From NCBI GenBank assembly GCA_002898235.1, contig BEIL01000001.1:16034-80033 (forward strand): a stretch of 64,000 nt of DNA, given 5' to 3'. How positions within the stretch are numbered: position 1 is the first letter of the stretch; each line of letters starts with the position of its first letter. The position numbers and the translations under genes were made by a program. This document shows, piece by piece, positions 10,480-20,791 of the stretch. The stretch comes from a bacterium HR35 (GTDB lineage: Bacteria; Patescibacteriota; Minisyncoccia; UBA6257; HR35). The notes beneath the pieces were generated by a model that searched no databases, was not told the origin of the DNA, and saw only the letters and a program-made list of their open reading frames with translations.

Positions 10480-11700
10480 ATGCTATCAAGATTAAAATAC
10501 ATCATAATTTTTGCTTTGGTTTATTTCTTCTCGCCGAATGGTCTTTCATCTTTACCTAATCTTACTTTAAATTTTCTTTTAAAGGAATCATTAAAATTAA
10601 CTGCTACTCAACTCGCTTATTTTAGTGCTATAACAATTTTAGGTTGGGCGTTAAAACCTTTATGGGGTTTTATTTCTGACTTAATTCCTTTATTTGGTAG
10701 TAAAAGAAAAAATTATTTAATATTATCAAGTTTATTAGCTGCTTTTTGTTGGTTAATTTTAGCTTTAACTTCTAATTATAATGTTTGGTTTTTACTTTTG
10801 ATTTTAACTATTTCATCTTTTGCTTATGCTTTTCAAGATGTAGTTACTGATGCTTTAATGATAGAAATCGGTAAAAAAGAAAATAGATTGTCAGAATTTC
10901 AGTCATTTCAATGGTTAGCAGTTTATATTGCTCAAATAATTACTGGATTTGCTGGAGGTTTAGTAGCAGAAAAATTAAGAGCTCAAACAACTTTTGGAAT
11001 AGCATTTTTATTTCCTTTAATAGTAGCTCTTATTACAATTTTAATTTTAAGAAAAACCGAAGAGGAACCAGTTTTGAGATTTATGGAGTTTAAAAATTCA
11101 TTTAAAGAAGCAGTGTTGAATAAAGAATTTTTATTAGTGAATCTGTTTTTATTTTTATGGAGGTTTTCTCCTTCTTATGGTGCTCCAATGTTCTTTTATC
11201 AAGTAGATGTTTTAAAATTTTCAAAAATATTTTTAGGATCACTTGCCTCACTTAGCGCTATAAGTTCTGCTTTAGGAGCTATTTTCTTTAATTTTATATC
11301 AAAATCAATATCATTAAGAAAACTTTTAATCTTGACCGTAATTTTAGGAGGATTATCTACTTTTTGGAGTTTAATTTATCTCACTTCTTTTGTAAAGAAT
11401 AATTTATTAATTGCAAGAATTTTAGCAATCATTGATAGTTTAGTTTTCGGATTTTTAGGATCCATTTTCTTCTTAACAATGCTAACTTTTGCTGCAGAAA
11501 AAACTAATCCAAAACTTGCAGGTAGCGTTTTTGCTTTTATAACTTCTATTATGAATTTGGGACTTATGGGTTCAGAAGCTTTAGGTGGATATCTTTACTC
11601 AAAAATCGGTTTAGCACCGCTCATTATTGTTTCAGGTTTAACTTCATTAGCAATTTTAATTTTTATCCCCCTTTTAAAGATTGAAAACCAAAAAGCTTAA
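10480..11700 (+). CDS. MFS-type transporter
   Basis: 406 aa with about 12 TM helices and 6+6 organisation; possibly folate-biopterin-transporter-like. Confidence 0.55.
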   Translation: MLSRLKYIIIFALVYFFSPNGLSSLPNLTLNFLLKESLKLTATQLAYFSAITILGWALKPLWGFISDLIPLFGSKRKNYLILSSLLAAFCWLILALTSNYNVWFLLLILTISSFAYAFQDVVTDALMIEIGKKENRLSEFQSFQWLAVYIAQIITGFAGGLVAEKLRAQTTFGIAFLFPLIVALITILILRKTEEEPVLRFMEFKNSFKEAVLNKEFLLVNLFLFLWRFSPSYGAPMFFYQVDVLKFSKIFLGSLASLSAISSALGAIFFNFISKSISLRKLLILTVILGGLSTFWSLIYLTSFVKNNLLIARILAIIDSLVFGFLGSIFFLTMLTFAAEKTNPKLAGSVFAFITSIMNLGLMGSEALGGYLYSKIGLAPLIIVSGLTSLAILIFIPLLKIENQKA

Positions 11701-11786
11701 AAAATTCAAGTTTTCCACAATTCCAGCTTTTCCACAATTTTATTTTTTTTTAAAAAAATGTCGGTAATAATTTAAATAATTCAAAA

Positions 11787-14700
11787 ATGAAAAGAAAATA
11801 CTTTGGATTAACATTTTTGGTCTTAATTCCTTTGTTTTTTTCCATTTCTCAATCATCTCCTGTTTCTTTAATTAGTTCTTTTCCTAGTTCTGTTAGAGTT
11901 TACGAAAAATTTGAAATTAAATTTAATGTTAATACTGCAGCAGAAAATTATTTTTTTTCTTATGATGAAAATCCTCCTGCTGGAGTAAAACCTAAAATAG
12001 GTGTTAGTGTAGATGGTATTTTTTATCATGTAGAATCTGGAAAAACATATACTCAACCAGCCTTTTGGACAGTTGAAGTTATTCGAAGTGGATCGGGTAG
12101 AAATATGATTTTTGAGGAAACAAATAAATCTTATTGGGTTTTAAGATTTTCTCCACAAAAAACAGGAACTTATAAAGTGTCTATTAGAGTAAAGGATAAA
12201 AATCAAGATGTGACCACTTACATTGGTCAATTTACAGCTTTAACGCCGATTAGAAAAGGATTTATTGGTGTAAGCAAATCAGATCCAAGATACTTTGAAT
12301 TTTCTAACGGAGAATTATACTTTCCTATTGGGCCAGCTTGGTATGATAATAAATCTAGTAATCCGAATGCAAGTTTTGGTTATTCCCAATACATTGGAAC
12401 AGGATTGAATTATGAAAGAATATGGTTAGCTGGCATTGGAGCTTACTCTACTAATTTTGCTCGTTGGATAAGTTCAGCTGAAAGAATGGGTAATGAAGGT
12501 TATATGACTTTATTTGCTTATGATAATGGAACTGGAGAAAAAGTCCCCACCTATGGAGAGCTTTCTTATCCTCTTTTTTATCCAGATGGTTTTAGGTTTT
12601 GGCTAACAACTTGGGGCAATGAAATGTTAGGACCAAGATTGAAAGCTGGTCAAAAATATCGAGTAGAAATTGTTTATAAAACTTCTAATATTTCTGGTCC
12701 AAGAGTTTCTGGTTATCCTTATGGTTTTGTTGTAAAAGCAGGAACTCCTGATATTATGTGGCGCCAACACACGATTAGTGAATTTGAATCTTTTATGAGA
12801 AATTCTCCTAATCAAATTCTCTTTCCTTACGATAATCAAAATCATACTTGGCGAACTGCTACCTATGAATTTACGGCTACTCAAGGCTGGCAAAATATTT
12901 ATCTTTATTTAGATAATGTTTCGAATGGTCAAGTCTATATTTATAAATTTTCAATTAAACCAGTTTTGAGCGATGGTAGTTTAGGCGGTGAAGTTATTAG
13001 AAATCCAATAGCCGACCAACATACTTATGTTGATCCTCGGGGAGCAGCTTTTATTGATTGGTTAGTAGAAGAAGCAGAAAAGGCAGGAGTCTATCTTCAA
13101 TTAGTTGTTCATGATAAAAATGATGCTATTCAAAATAGACTCAAGATGGATGGCACTTGGACAGATATTTTTAAAGGAGATGGATATTACCAACCTGAAA
13201 ATACTAAAGCTAGGTGGCTCTTAAGACAATGGTATAGATATTTAGCAGCTAGGTGGGGATATTCACCAAATATTTTTGCTTGGGAATTAAACAACGAAGG
13301 ACCACCCGATGAAGATCCGCCAGGAAGCGGAACATCCCCTCACTGGAGAACAGCTCAAGCTTTTGCTCAGTTTATGCATACTGTTGATTCTCACCCTCAT
13401 TTAGCTTCTACTTCATTCTGGTGTTGTTGGCGACCTCAATTTTGGGGTAATAATACTTATTTCCCAGATATTAATTATGCCGATGTTCATGAATATACTA
13501 ACAATCCTCAAGTAGCTCCTCAAAATTATACTTATGATGAAGTTTCCTTTATTTACTCTTTAGGAGTTAATACTGCTAAAGATAATGTTGGCAAGCCAGT
13601 TCTTATAGGGGAGCATGGAATTAGTGGAAGCAATTGGATGCCTGTTTCTGAACTTCAACAACCTAATTCTGGTGTTTATTATCACAATATGCTTTGGGCT
13701 CAACTTAATTCTGCTCAAATTTTTGCTCCGGATTATTGGTATTCTGACCATTTGAGATATATTAATCGAGAAGAAATAAGTAAACCATTTGCTAAATTCG
13801 TAAGTAACCTTGATGTAAATAAAGGAGGTTATGTTAATTTGCAAGCCTCTGTTTCTAATTCTAAACTTAGAGTTTTAGGGCAAAAAAATCTTTACCTTAA
13901 TAAAGCTTATGGTTGGATTCAAAATACTGATTATACCTGGTACAACGCTTATCGAAATTACTATACTTATCAATCAGGTCAAGTTAGGATTAAATTAAAT
14001 CCAAATTATGATTATCTAATTGAATGGTGGGATACTTACACTGGAGTTACTTCGACTCAAACTCAAAGAAGCGATTACCAAGGATATGTCACTTTAAATA
14101 TTAATAATCTTAAAACCGATGTTGCTTTCAAAATTTATCCTCTTTCAGGTTCTACTCCTTCTTATCCTCCACTTTCTGTTTCTTGTTCAGCTTCTCCTAA
14201 TCCAGCTAATATCAATCAAACAGTAACCTTTACTGCTTCAGTTTCTGGAGGTACAGGTTCTTATACTTATTCTTGGTCAGGAGCTTGTTCTGGTTCTTCT
14301 TCAACTTGTTCAACTTCCTTCTCTTCAGCTGGAACTTATACTGCTAACTTAACTGTTACTTCAGGTTCAGAAACAAAATCAACTTCTTGTTCAGTAAATG
14401 TTCAAGTTCCTCAACCAGCACCTCTACCAACTGTTGATCTTAAAGTCAATAACTCTGATGGTCCAATTTCGATTACAGTTCCAACTTCAATTACTCTTAG
14501 CTGGACTTCTCAAAATGCTTCCTCTTGTACTGCTTCAGGTTCTTGGTCTGGTTCAAAATCAACTTCAGGTTCTCAATCAATCTCTCTTTCTTCAGCTGGA
14601 ACTTACAATTATACTTTAACTTGCACTAATTCTTCTGGTTCTGCTTCTGATTCAGTAACCGTTAATGCTCAATCAGCATCAATCATAATTAATCAAACAA

Positions 14701-17700
14701 CAACCACTGTTACTAAAGCTTATACGATTTCTAATACTAATCGAGATGCAGAATCAATTGGAACCAGAATCTATACTCTTCCTTCGTCAGCTCCTTGGGG
14801 CCAAATGTATTTAGGTTATGATAGATATACTTCCGGTAAAGTTTACGATGGCGGTTGGATTTTTGAAACTGATATACCCAAAGGAGCTAAAATTGTTTCT
14901 TCAACTTTAACTTTAACAGCTAATTCAGACAACTACGGACCAATTAAACTCACAGGTTATTGGTATGGTTATGCTACTAGTAATCCTCCTGATTTTGTTA
15001 ATGGTTATTCTGGAAAAAGAATCTCCACCATTTATCCTCGAACATCTAATTATGTTTACCAATCGTTTTATGTAGTTAGTCAAGGACAAAAAATTATCTC
15101 CTCTAATTTAGCTAAAATTGTTCAAGAAATAGTAAATAGACCAGACTTTAAGGGAAAAATAGGATTAACTTTTAGAACTACAAATTCAAGCAACGTTTGG
15201 CAATCCTGGATAGATTATTCAGATGATCCAGCAAATTCAGCTATTCTCACAGTAGTTTATGAGGTTACTTCTACTCCTTCTTATCCTCCACTTTCTGTTT
15301 CTTGTTCAGCTTCTCCTAATCCAGCTAATATCAATCAAACAGTAACCTTTACTTCTTCAGTTTCTGGAGGTACAGGTTCTTATACTTATTCTTGGTCAGG
15401 AGCTTGTTCTGGTTCTTCTTCAACTTGTTCAACTTCCTTCTCTTCAGCTGGAACTTATACTGCTAACTTAACTGTTACTTCAGGTTCAGAAACAAAATCA
15501 ACTTCTTGTTCAGTAAATGTTCAAGTTCCTCAACCAGCACCTCTACCAACTGTTGATCTTAAAGTCAATAACTCTGATGGTCCAATTTCGATTACAGTTC
15601 CAACTTCAATTACTCTTAGCTGGACTTCTCAAAATGCTTCCTCTTGTACTGCTTCAGGTTCTTGGTCTGGTTCAAAATCAACTTCAGGTTCTCAATCAAT
15701 CTCTCTTTCTTCAGCTGGAACTTACACCTATACTTTAACTTGCACTAATTCTTCTGGTTCTGCTTCTGATTCAGTGACTGTTAATGCTCAATCAGCACCT
15801 ACACCAACAACGACAACTTTTGAGGAATGGACTCAATTTGCTCATGATCCTATGAGAACCTCCTATACTCCTCAGTTTGTCTCACCTCCTTGGAAATGGA
15901 AATGGAGTTGGAATGGTCCAGATGCTAATGGTAATCCTGTACCAGGTAAATTTAGATTGCCAAGAAACTCTCAACCAATTACTGGAGGGGGAAGAGTTTA
16001 TATAGCTGCTGGTTCAAGAGGAGTTTATGCTCTTAATAATTCAAATGGTTCTGTTATTTGGAATGTAAATCCAGGTGGAGCTCGAATTGATTCAACTCCA
16101 GCTTATGACCCTCAAACAGATGCTCTTTTTGTTCTTTCTTCTAATGGAACACTTTATAAACTTAATGCTAGTAATGGCTCTATTTTAGCTTCTTATTCTT
16201 CAGGACAAACAATTCCTAAAGGAGAAACAAATTTTCAAGACCCTAATCAAACCCTTCCTTTGCCTCCTCTTCTTTACGGAAATAGAGTTTACTTTGTAGC
16301 TGGTACTAAAATGTTTGCTCTTGATAAAAATAATCTTTCGGTTGTTTGGTCCTATGATTCCGGTGGTTCTCCATTTGTTACTCCAGTTGCCTATTCTCCT
16401 TCCTATAATAGATTAGTAGCTGTTACTCGAGATTTATATGTCAATGCTGTTGATGCTAATAGTGGTTCGCTTGTTTGGAGAACTAAACCGACAATAAGAA
16501 ATTATGGTGATCCAGGAGAGAATAATCAAACTTTAGCTCAAGCTGAATATGGCTGGCCTGTTATTGCTGAAAGAACCGGTTTAGTACTAATCAAATATAG
16601 ATTAGATTGGAATGCTCTTTTTAATCCTTTTAGTCCCTGGCCAACTGATAATGCTACCATAAGAGCTGGTTTAGAACAAAATCCTCAATATCAAGCTTTG
16701 TTTGCTTTAAGACTTTCTGATGGTTCAAAAGCTTTTACTGCTAATATTGGTCACGGAGGTTGGGGAGATGGCGGTTATCTACCAATGGGAAATATTCCAG
16801 CAGTTAAAAGCTTTCCCGATGGCTCTGAAGTTGCTTATCTTGTTATCAGAGGTCATCAAGCAATGGATGGTCGTTGGGATTCACTTTACGGAGAATTAGT
16901 CTTAGACAATAGCAATTCCAACTTTCAACCAGGTTATGTTAGATGGATTCAATATGGAAATTATGGTTGGTATAATCCTCCATTAAGCAATATTATGGTA
17001 CCGCCTACTGACGAACAACCTTATGTCATTATAGCTGGTAATTATTTATTCGGAGGTCACTGGATATTAGGTCAAGCTTTAGAAATAAAAGACCGCTCTT
17101 CTAATCTTGGCACTTATACTAACCCAATTAAATCAGCACCTCTTCCACATATTGTTGAATCAACTAATTTAGTACCTTACAATAGTTCTCATTATTCAGA
17201 TAGTATGATTGCTGCTACTGCTGGAGGAACTGAGTGGCGAGCTGTTCCTTATGGTTTTTACATTTATAACGATTCAGTTGGAAAAATTTATGATCAATAT
17301 TGGTCTGGTTATGCTACTTGGATAGTTAGCAATAATACTATTTACTTTCTTTCTACTGATGGAGCTTTAGTAGCTTTGGAGCAAGGTAATCCCACCCAAT
17401 TAACCGAAACAAGAAAAATCGTAATAAACGAAAATCTAATAAAAAACATTTCTTCTCTTGCTTCCCGTTTATTAGCACAAATTTCTCCTTCTAAACCTAT
17501 AGAAATTCAACCAGAAGATATATCTAAAAATTTTACTGAACTTTTAAATAAAGAAGTACTTTTAAGAGGAAAAATAATAAAAGTGGTTGCTAACCATCAT
17601 GGAACATTTATAAAACTCCACCAAACTCCGTATTCACCAACAATAATCATCAAACCTGATGTTTATTCTGAATTTTCAAAACCACCTTTTGAAATTTTCA

Positions 17701-17798
17701 AACCAGGAATGAATATTAAAGTAAAAGGAATATTGACTTATTATCGCGGAGATCCAGCAATTTATATAACCAATCCATCTCAAATTCTTTCCGAATAA
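11787..17798 (+). CDS. giant secreted multidomain protein: N-terminal beta-sandwich, GH clan-A-like catalytic domain, two PKD/Ig-like module pairs, PQQ-like beta-propeller, C-terminal OB-like domain
   Basis: Signal peptide. Clan GH-A-like acid/base and nucleophile motifs (FAWELNNEGPP and VLIGEHG). Two copies of a PKD-like pair (SCSASPNPANINQTVTFT..GGTGSYTYSW). Repeated propeller blades (RVYIAAGSRGVYALNNSNGSVIW; NRVYFVAGTKMFALDKNNLSVVW; LYVNAVDANSGSLVW). 2003 aa. Confidence 0.6.
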   Translation: MKRKYFGLTFLVLIPLFFSISQSSPVSLISSFPSSVRVYEKFEIKFNVNTAAENYFFSYDENPPAGVKPKIGVSVDGIFYHVESGKTYTQPAFWTVEVIRSGSGRNMIFEETNKSYWVLRFSPQKTGTYKVSIRVKDKNQDVTTYIGQFTALTPIRKGFIGVSKSDPRYFEFSNGELYFPIGPAWYDNKSSNPNASFGYSQYIGTGLNYERIWLAGIGAYSTNFARWISSAERMGNEGYMTLFAYDNGTGEKVPTYGELSYPLFYPDGFRFWLTTWGNEMLGPRLKAGQKYRVEIVYKTSNISGPRVSGYPYGFVVKAGTPDIMWRQHTISEFESFMRNSPNQILFPYDNQNHTWRTATYEFTATQGWQNIYLYLDNVSNGQVYIYKFSIKPVLSDGSLGGEVIRNPIADQHTYVDPRGAAFIDWLVEEAEKAGVYLQLVVHDKNDAIQNRLKMDGTWTDIFKGDGYYQPENTKARWLLRQWYRYLAARWGYSPNIFAWELNNEGPPDEDPPGSGTSPHWRTAQAFAQFMHTVDSHPHLASTSFWCCWRPQFWGNNTYFPDINYADVHEYTNNPQVAPQNYTYDEVSFIYSLGVNTAKDNVGKPVLIGEHGISGSNWMPVSELQQPNSGVYYHNMLWAQLNSAQIFAPDYWYSDHLRYINREEISKPFAKFVSNLDVNKGGYVNLQASVSNSKLRVLGQKNLYLNKAYGWIQNTDYTWYNAYRNYYTYQSGQVRIKLNPNYDYLIEWWDTYTGVTSTQTQRSDYQGYVTLNINNLKTDVAFKIYPLSGSTPSYPPLSVSCSASPNPANINQTVTFTASVSGGTGSYTYSWSGACSGSSSTCSTSFSSAGTYTANLTVTSGSETKSTSCSVNVQVPQPAPLPTVDLKVNNSDGPISITVPTSITLSWTSQNASSCTASGSWSGSKSTSGSQSISLSSAGTYNYTLTCTNSSGSASDSVTVNAQSASIIINQTTTTVTKAYTISNTNRDAESIGTRIYTLPSSAPWGQMYLGYDRYTSGKVYDGGWIFETDIPKGAKIVSSTLTLTANSDNYGPIKLTGYWYGYATSNPPDFVNGYSGKRISTIYPRTSNYVYQSFYVVSQGQKIISSNLAKIVQEIVNRPDFKGKIGLTFRTTNSSNVWQSWIDYSDDPANSAILTVVYEVTSTPSYPPLSVSCSASPNPANINQTVTFTSSVSGGTGSYTYSWSGACSGSSSTCSTSFSSAGTYTANLTVTSGSETKSTSCSVNVQVPQPAPLPTVDLKVNNSDGPISITVPTSITLSWTSQNASSCTASGSWSGSKSTSGSQSISLSSAGTYTYTLTCTNSSGSASDSVTVNAQSAPTPTTTTFEEWTQFAHDPMRTSYTPQFVSPPWKWKWSWNGPDANGNPVPGKFRLPRNSQPITGGGRVYIAAGSRGVYALNNSNGSVIWNVNPGGARIDSTPAYDPQTDALFVLSSNGTLYKLNASNGSILASYSSGQTIPKGETNFQDPNQTLPLPPLLYGNRVYFVAGTKMFALDKNNLSVVWSYDSGGSPFVTPVAYSPSYNRLVAVTRDLYVNAVDANSGSLVWRTKPTIRNYGDPGENNQTLAQAEYGWPVIAERTGLVLIKYRLDWNALFNPFSPWPTDNATIRAGLEQNPQYQALFALRLSDGSKAFTANIGHGGWGDGGYLPMGNIPAVKSFPDGSEVAYLVIRGHQAMDGRWDSLYGELVLDNSNSNFQPGYVRWIQYGNYGWYNPPLSNIMVPPTDEQPYVIIAGNYLFGGHWILGQALEIKDRSSNLGTYTNPIKSAPLPHIVESTNLVPYNSSHYSDSMIAATAGGTEWRAVPYGFYIYNDSVGKIYDQYWSGYATWIVSNNTIYFLSTDGALVALEQGNPTQLTETRKIVINENLIKNISSLASRLLAQISPSKPIEIQPEDISKNFTELLNKEVLLRGKIIKVVANHHGTFIKLHQTPYSPTIIIKPDVYSEFSKPPFEIFKPGMNIKVKGILTYYRGDPAIYITNPSQILSE
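14155..14676 (+). repeat. copy 1 of a roughly 520 bp direct repeat (PKD/Ig module pair) inside the 2003 aa gene
   Basis: Near-identical to 15272-15793, with only about 5 substitutions. The copies are 1117 nt apart. The six-frame track shows the same minor ORF twice (14398-14619 and 15517-15738), differing by 1 aa. Confidence 0.85.
15272..15793 (+). repeat. copy 2 of the roughly 520 bp direct repeat
   Basis: See copy 1. Confidence 0.85.
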
Positions 17799-17880
17799 AA
17801 AAATAGTTGTACTCTAAAAATCAAAATTTTGATTGATATTATATTATTCATTTAAAATTTGTTAAAATTTAATTGAACAA

Positions 17881-20322
17881 ATGCCTCAAAATTATAAGGA
17901 AAAATTTTATGGGATATTAGAGGATATGTTTGTGGGAGATGCTGAGATAGAAGGTGGCGGAGGTTTTATTAATCTTTTAAAAATTAAGAAAAATTACTAT
18001 CAAAAAGCTTTTAAACCAAAACTTGAAGAAAAAGTAAATGAGGTTTTAAACAAATATCCAAATTTTGAAACAGAGCTTTTCGAAAAATTTTATACTTTCT
18101 TCTCTCGTTATTTTTCAGAATCAGGCTCAATTTATTTTGTTAATACTCCAGTATATCATCAAATTTATGAAAAAATTTACACCGACAAAGAAGATGTTAT
18201 TTTGTTCTGGAAGACAAGAGATCTTTATTACATTAAAACAGATAGAATCTTCAAAACTTTAGAAATTGAAATAGATAATTATAAATTTTATTTTGATGTC
18301 TCTAAACTTGAATACAAAAAAGCAAACGAAAAAAGAGAAGTAATTTATAAACTTGATGAAGAAAAAACAACAAAGGATAAAATTTATTTTTATGTTTATT
18401 ATTCAGAAAAAGGAAAAACAACAAAAATTGATGAGATATTAAAAGCACTCAAAAAGAAAAACATAAAAATTAATGAAGATATTTTAGAAAAAGCATTTAG
18501 AAGATTTGAACAACAATCAGAAGTAGATTATTTTATTCATAAAAACGCAAAAACCTTCTTAACAGAACAATTAAAACTTTACATTTATAACTATCTCTTT
18601 AAAGAAACTCAAGAATGGACAAGTGAAAGAATTGACCAAATAAATAAATTCAAAGAAACCGCTGAACTTATAATTGACTTTGTTTCAAAATTTGAAGATG
18701 AATTAGTTAAAATCTGGAATAAACCGAGATTTGTTTTAAATTCAAATTATGTAATAACTCTTGATAGAATAGTTAAACAAAATAAACAAAAAGGAATTGA
18801 AATTATAGAAAAAATAATTAATCATAAAAACTTTAATGAACAAGTGAAAGAATGGAAAGAACTTGGAATTATTGATGAAAATTTTAATAAAAATGAAATT
18901 ATTAAAAATGACTTAACAGGAGAAAATTTAAATCCAAAATATCAATTCTTACCAATTGATACAAAATACTTTAAAGATTTAGAAATTGAAATTTTAGAAC
19001 TTTTTGATGATTTAGATAATTCTCTTGATGGCTGGTTAATAAAAAGTGAAAATTATCAAGCATTAAATACAATCCTTCCAAAATTTAAAGAAAAAGTCCA
19101 AACAATTTATATCGATCCACCATTTAACAAAGAGCAAGATGCTGATTATCTATATAATGTCAAATACAAAGATTCTACCTGGATAACATTACTTGAAAAC
19201 AGATTAACATTAGCAAAAGATATATTAAAAGATACAGGAAGCATTTTTGTAAGATGTGATTATAACGGCAATATGTATGTAAGATTGTTGATGAATGAAA
19301 TTTTTGGAGAAGAGAATTTTAGAAATGAGATAGTGATAGCAAAAACTAAAGAGTTTTTTAAAACTATGACGCATATAAACAAGTTTTCTGAAGAATCTGA
19401 AAGCCTATTTTTCTTTTCAAAAACTTCTAATTTGCTATTTAATCTTGTTTACAGACAAAAAGAAGTACCTTCTAAATATGAACCTTTTCTGCCTGTAGGA
19501 GATAAAACATATCAAGATTCTAGAATTATTGATGGAAAAGAATATTATTCTCCTAAAGGAAGAAAATGGGGAGTGAAACAGGAAGATATTGATGAGTTAG
19601 TTAAAAGTGGGAGATTAATTTTTGAAAATGGTAAATGGTATTTAATTACATATGAAGAACCTCTAAAAAATGTTTGGACTGACAAACAAGGATATTCAAG
19701 ATATTGGAAATTTCCTACCGAAAACTCCGAAATCCTCCTCAAGCGTGTAATTGAATCCACTTCTAACGAAGGCGATTTAGTTATGGATTTCTTTTTAGGA
19801 AGTGGTACAACAACAGCAGTAGCACATAAACTTAAAAGAAAATGGATTGGTGTTGAGATGGGAGAGCATTTTTATAGTGTAGCTTTGCCAAGAATGAAAA
19901 AAGTTTTGGCTTATGATAAATCAGGAATTTCAAAAGAAAAAGATGTTAAAGAAAAATACAATGAAAATAATGCTGGAGGATTTTTCAAGTATTATGAACT
20001 TGAACAATATGAAGAAATTTTAAGAAAAGCAAAATATCAAGATATAAATGAGCCTAAAACATTATTTGATAAAGATTTTAATTACATTTTTATGCCTGAT
20101 GAAAAAATGTTATCAGCATTAGAAATTGATTACCAGAATAATAAAGTAAAAATTGATTTAAATAAAATTTATCCAAACATTGACATTGCTGAAACATTAT
20201 CAAACTTAAAAGGGAAATGGATAAAGAAAATTGCGAAAGATTATGTTGAATTTGAAGATGGAGAGAAGATAGATTTAAATAATTTAGATTTAAGGTCAAT
20301 TAAAAAATTAATATGGTGGTGA
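17881..20322 (+). CDS. mod: Type III restriction-modification methyltransferase (Mod), beta-class amino-methyltransferase with a roughly 400 aa N-terminal extension
   Basis: Motif IV IYIDPPFN precedes motif I FFLGSGTTTAVAHKL, the beta-class order. A DEAH-helicase Res gene lies downstream. Confidence 0.7.
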   Translation: MPQNYKEKFYGILEDMFVGDAEIEGGGGFINLLKIKKNYYQKAFKPKLEEKVNEVLNKYPNFETELFEKFYTFFSRYFSESGSIYFVNTPVYHQIYEKIYTDKEDVILFWKTRDLYYIKTDRIFKTLEIEIDNYKFYFDVSKLEYKKANEKREVIYKLDEEKTTKDKIYFYVYYSEKGKTTKIDEILKALKKKNIKINEDILEKAFRRFEQQSEVDYFIHKNAKTFLTEQLKLYIYNYLFKETQEWTSERIDQINKFKETAELIIDFVSKFEDELVKIWNKPRFVLNSNYVITLDRIVKQNKQKGIEIIEKIINHKNFNEQVKEWKELGIIDENFNKNEIIKNDLTGENLNPKYQFLPIDTKYFKDLEIEILELFDDLDNSLDGWLIKSENYQALNTILPKFKEKVQTIYIDPPFNKEQDADYLYNVKYKDSTWITLLENRLTLAKDILKDTGSIFVRCDYNGNMYVRLLMNEIFGEENFRNEIVIAKTKEFFKTMTHINKFSEESESLFFFSKTSNLLFNLVYRQKEVPSKYEPFLPVGDKTYQDSRIIDGKEYYSPKGRKWGVKQEDIDELVKSGRLIFENGKWYLITYEEPLKNVWTDKQGYSRYWKFPTENSEILLKRVIESTSNEGDLVMDFFLGSGTTTAVAHKLKRKWIGVEMGEHFYSVALPRMKKVLAYDKSGISKEKDVKEKYNENNAGGFFKYYELEQYEEILRKAKYQDINEPKTLFDKDFNYIFMPDEKMLSALEIDYQNNKVKIDLNKIYPNIDIAETLSNLKGKWIKKIAKDYVEFEDGEKIDLNNLDLRSIKKLIWW

Positions 20323-20326
20323 GAGG

Positions 20327-20791
20327 ATGAGCGAGGTTTTAAAAATAATTTTAAATAGTATCTTGCCATCTGTTTTGCTTTTTATATTATATAAATTTTT
20401 TGAAGAATTTATTTTAAAACCGTATCTAGAATATAAAAAAATACTAGCTAAAGTTGATCATTATTTAAAGTTTTATAATAATATAATTTTTAATATTAAT
20501 CCTCCTAACAGAATTAAAGCATATGAACCATTGCCTGAAGATTGGATAAAAGCAAAAGAAACATTTAGAAATTTATCGTGTGAGTTAGAATCTCATTATA
20601 AATCTATGATATGTAAATTATTTTTACCTAAAAAGGAGAATATATATACTTCAATAAAAGACTTGATGATATTATCAAATATAATCGGCATAGCCAATGA
20701 TTACAAAGGAAATTACCAAGAAAAAGCAATTCGATTAGAAGAGGAAATTAGGCGTTGTTTAAAAATACCTCAAATAAATAATGAAAAATAA
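20327..20791 (+). CDS. hypothetical small membrane-anchored protein within the R-M locus
   Basis: 154 aa with an N-terminal TM helix and no recognisable motifs. Confidence 0.25.
   Translation: MSEVLKIILNSILPSVLLFILYKFFEEFILKPYLEYKKILAKVDHYLKFYNNIIFNINPPNRIKAYEPLPEDWIKAKETFRNLSCELESHYKSMICKLFLPKKENIYTSIKDLMILSNIIGIANDYKGNYQEKAIRLEEEIRRCLKIPQINNEK

Noticed and set aside
11787-17798. Considered whether the 2003 aa ORF is several fused genes due to frameshift
   Set aside because: The single open frame is continuous with coherent domain order and no internal start/stop signals. Only the internal duplication warrants read-level checking.
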